Of a stretch of DNA of 64,000 bases, positions 62,693-64,000 are shown piece by piece. The stretch is from an uncultured Acidobacteriota bacterium (GTDB lineage: Bacteria > Acidobacteriota > Polarisedimenticolia > J045). The stretch is from assembly GCA_963702425.1 (NCBI GenBank), contig CAVPCQ010000020.1:32001-96000 (forward strand), given 5' to 3'. Each line of letters begins with the position of its first letter. The stretch's first letter is position 1. Under the pieces are notes generated by a model that was not told the origin of the DNA, made no database searches, and saw nothing but the letters and a program-made list of their open reading frames with translations. The position numbers were made by a program, and so were the translations under genes.

Positions 62693-64000
62693 TCACAGCG
62701 CGAAGCGCGCGAGGTCCTGGCGCGCAACCAGTTCGGACAGCGCGGCGCGCACGGCGGGCGCGTCGATCGCGACCGGGCCCGCCGTGTGGTCGGGCGCGTC
62801 GAACAGCAGCGGGCCGAGCAGTCGCTCGAGGACCGTCGCCAGCCGCCGGGCGCCGATGTCCTCCACCGCCTCGTTGACGCGGTCCGCGATCTCCGCGATC
62901 TCGCGCAGCGCCGCGTCGGTGAACTGCAGCTCCACGCCGTCGACCGCGAGCAGGCTCTGGTACTGCCGCACGAGCGCGTTCTTCGGCACGGTCAGGATCT
63001 CGTACAGCTCCTGCCGGGTCAGGCGCTGCAACTCCACGCGGATCGGGAAGCGGCCCTGCAGCTCCGGCAGCAGGTCCGACGGCTTGGCCGAGTGGAATGC
63101 GCCGGCGGCGATGAACAGGATGTGGTCGGTGCGCACCGGACCGCGCTTGGTCTGGACGATCGTTCCCTCGACGATCGGCAGCAGGTCACGCTGCACCCCC
63201 TGGCGGCTGATGTCGGGGCCGCTGGCGCTTCCTCCGCCCGCGACCTTGTCGATTTCGTCGATGAAGACGATCCCGGTCTGCTCGACTCGGTGCGTCGCTT
63301 CCTTGATCAGCGTCGACTCGTCGAGCCGGCGGTCCTCCTCCTCGCGCTGCAGGATCTCGCGCGCCTCGCGCACGCTGACGCGGGCCCGCTTCGTCCGGTT
63401 CCCCATGAACCCGGGGAGCATCTCGCCGAGTTTGACCTCCATCTCGTCCATTCCGGGACCGCCGGCGATCCGGAATGCCGGCTTCTCCTCGTCCGGGAGC
63501 TCGACCTCGACCGAGCGTTCCTCGAGCTCACCACGGCGCAGCCGACCGCGCAGCTCCTCGCGGGCCTCGATCCACTCGCGCCCGTCCGGGGTACCGGAGC
63601 GCGGCCCCGCGAGCAGCTCGAGCAGCCGGTCCTCCGTCGCGCGCACCGCCGCGGCGGCGACCTCGCGCCTCCGCTCGCGGCGTACCATCTCGATCGAGAG
63701 CTCGAGAAGATCCCGGATCATCGACTCGACGTCGCGGCCGACGTAGCCGACCTCGGTGTACTTGGTCGCCTCGACCTTCAGGAACGGGCTGCCGACGAGC
63801 CTCGCCAGGCGCCGTGCGATCTCGGTCTTCCCCACCCCGGTCGGTCCGATCATCAGCATGTTCTTCGGCAGCACCTCCTCGGCCTGATCGGCCGGAAGCT
63901 GCTTGCGGCGCCAGCGATTCCGCAGGGCGACCGCGACGGCGCGCTTCGCCTCCCGTTGGCCGATGATGTAGGCGTCGAGCTCGGCCACCACCTGCGTGGG
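62693..64000 (-). CDS. hslU: ATP-dependent protease ATPase subunit HslU (5' end off window)
   Basis: ELD.YIIGQ.EAKRAVAVALRNRWRR, PKN.LMIGPTGVGKTEIARR, KVEATK.TEVGYVG, GVQRDLLP, PELQGRFPIRVEL, IGARRL. Confidence 0.97.
   Translation of the reverse strand, partial: PTQVVAELDAYIIGQREAKRAVAVALRNRWRRKQLPADQAEEVLPKNMLMIGPTGVGKTEIARRLARLVGSPFLKVEATKYTEVGYVGRDVESMIRDLLELSIEMVRRERRREVAAAAVRATEDRLLELLAGPRSGTPDGREWIEAREELRGRLRRGELEERSVEVELPDEEKPAFRIAGGPGMDEMEVKLGEMLPGFMGNRTKRARVSVREAREILQREEEDRRLDESTLIKEATHRVEQTGIVFIDEIDKVAGGGSASGPDISRQGVQRDLLPIVEGTIVQTKRGPVRTDHILFIAAGAFHSAKPSDLLPELQGRFPIRVELQRLTRQELYEILTVPKNALVRQYQSLLAVDGVELQFTDAALREIAEIADRVNEAVEDIGARRLATVLERLLGPLLFDAPDHTAGPVAIDAPAVRAALSELVARQDLARFAL

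Overview
Roughly 64 kb of core chromosome from a very GC-rich, LPS-producing (diderm) bacterium. The 16S and gene neighbourhoods (acidobacterial-style VWA protein, lolC-lolD-clpC-skp-lpxD) suggest Acidobacteriota, but this is inference. The window holds about 50 mostly housekeeping genes: queE, nfo, mpl, pcm, proS, two lytic transglycosylases, lrp-lat, lonC, a candidate lipid A modification cluster around msbA, yebC-ruvCAB, rimP-nusA-infB-truB-rpsO-pnp, skp-lpxD-fabZ-lpxA, clpC, lolCD, psd-pssA, tsaB-rimI, ntrYX, lpxC, dapF and hslU. One rRNA locus lies on the minus strand. I found no mobile elements, CRISPR arrays or prophage. The most unusual feature is the rRNA locus. The 16S-tRNAIle-tRNAAla-23S unit appears to end at its own intrinsic terminator. 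A ~404-aa outer-membrane beta-barrel gene then occupies the ~1.6-kb 23S-5S gap, and the 5S gene has its own TTGACA promoter and terminator. Other candidates: a GAF-like + RomX-like protein and a stand-alone MshEN + GAF-like protein with related GAF domains (possible myxobacterial-type polarity/c-di-GMP module), an LmtA-like methyltransferase/kinase/GT2/LAB_N lipid A tailoring locus, a lipoprotein-anchored PIMT, a pseudo-ATPase NtrX followed by an orphan NuoE-type [2Fe-2S] protein, and an LptM-motif/FN3 lipoprotein upstream of dapF. All family assignments come from motif recognition by eye, not database searches. Start codons and rRNA ends are estimates.
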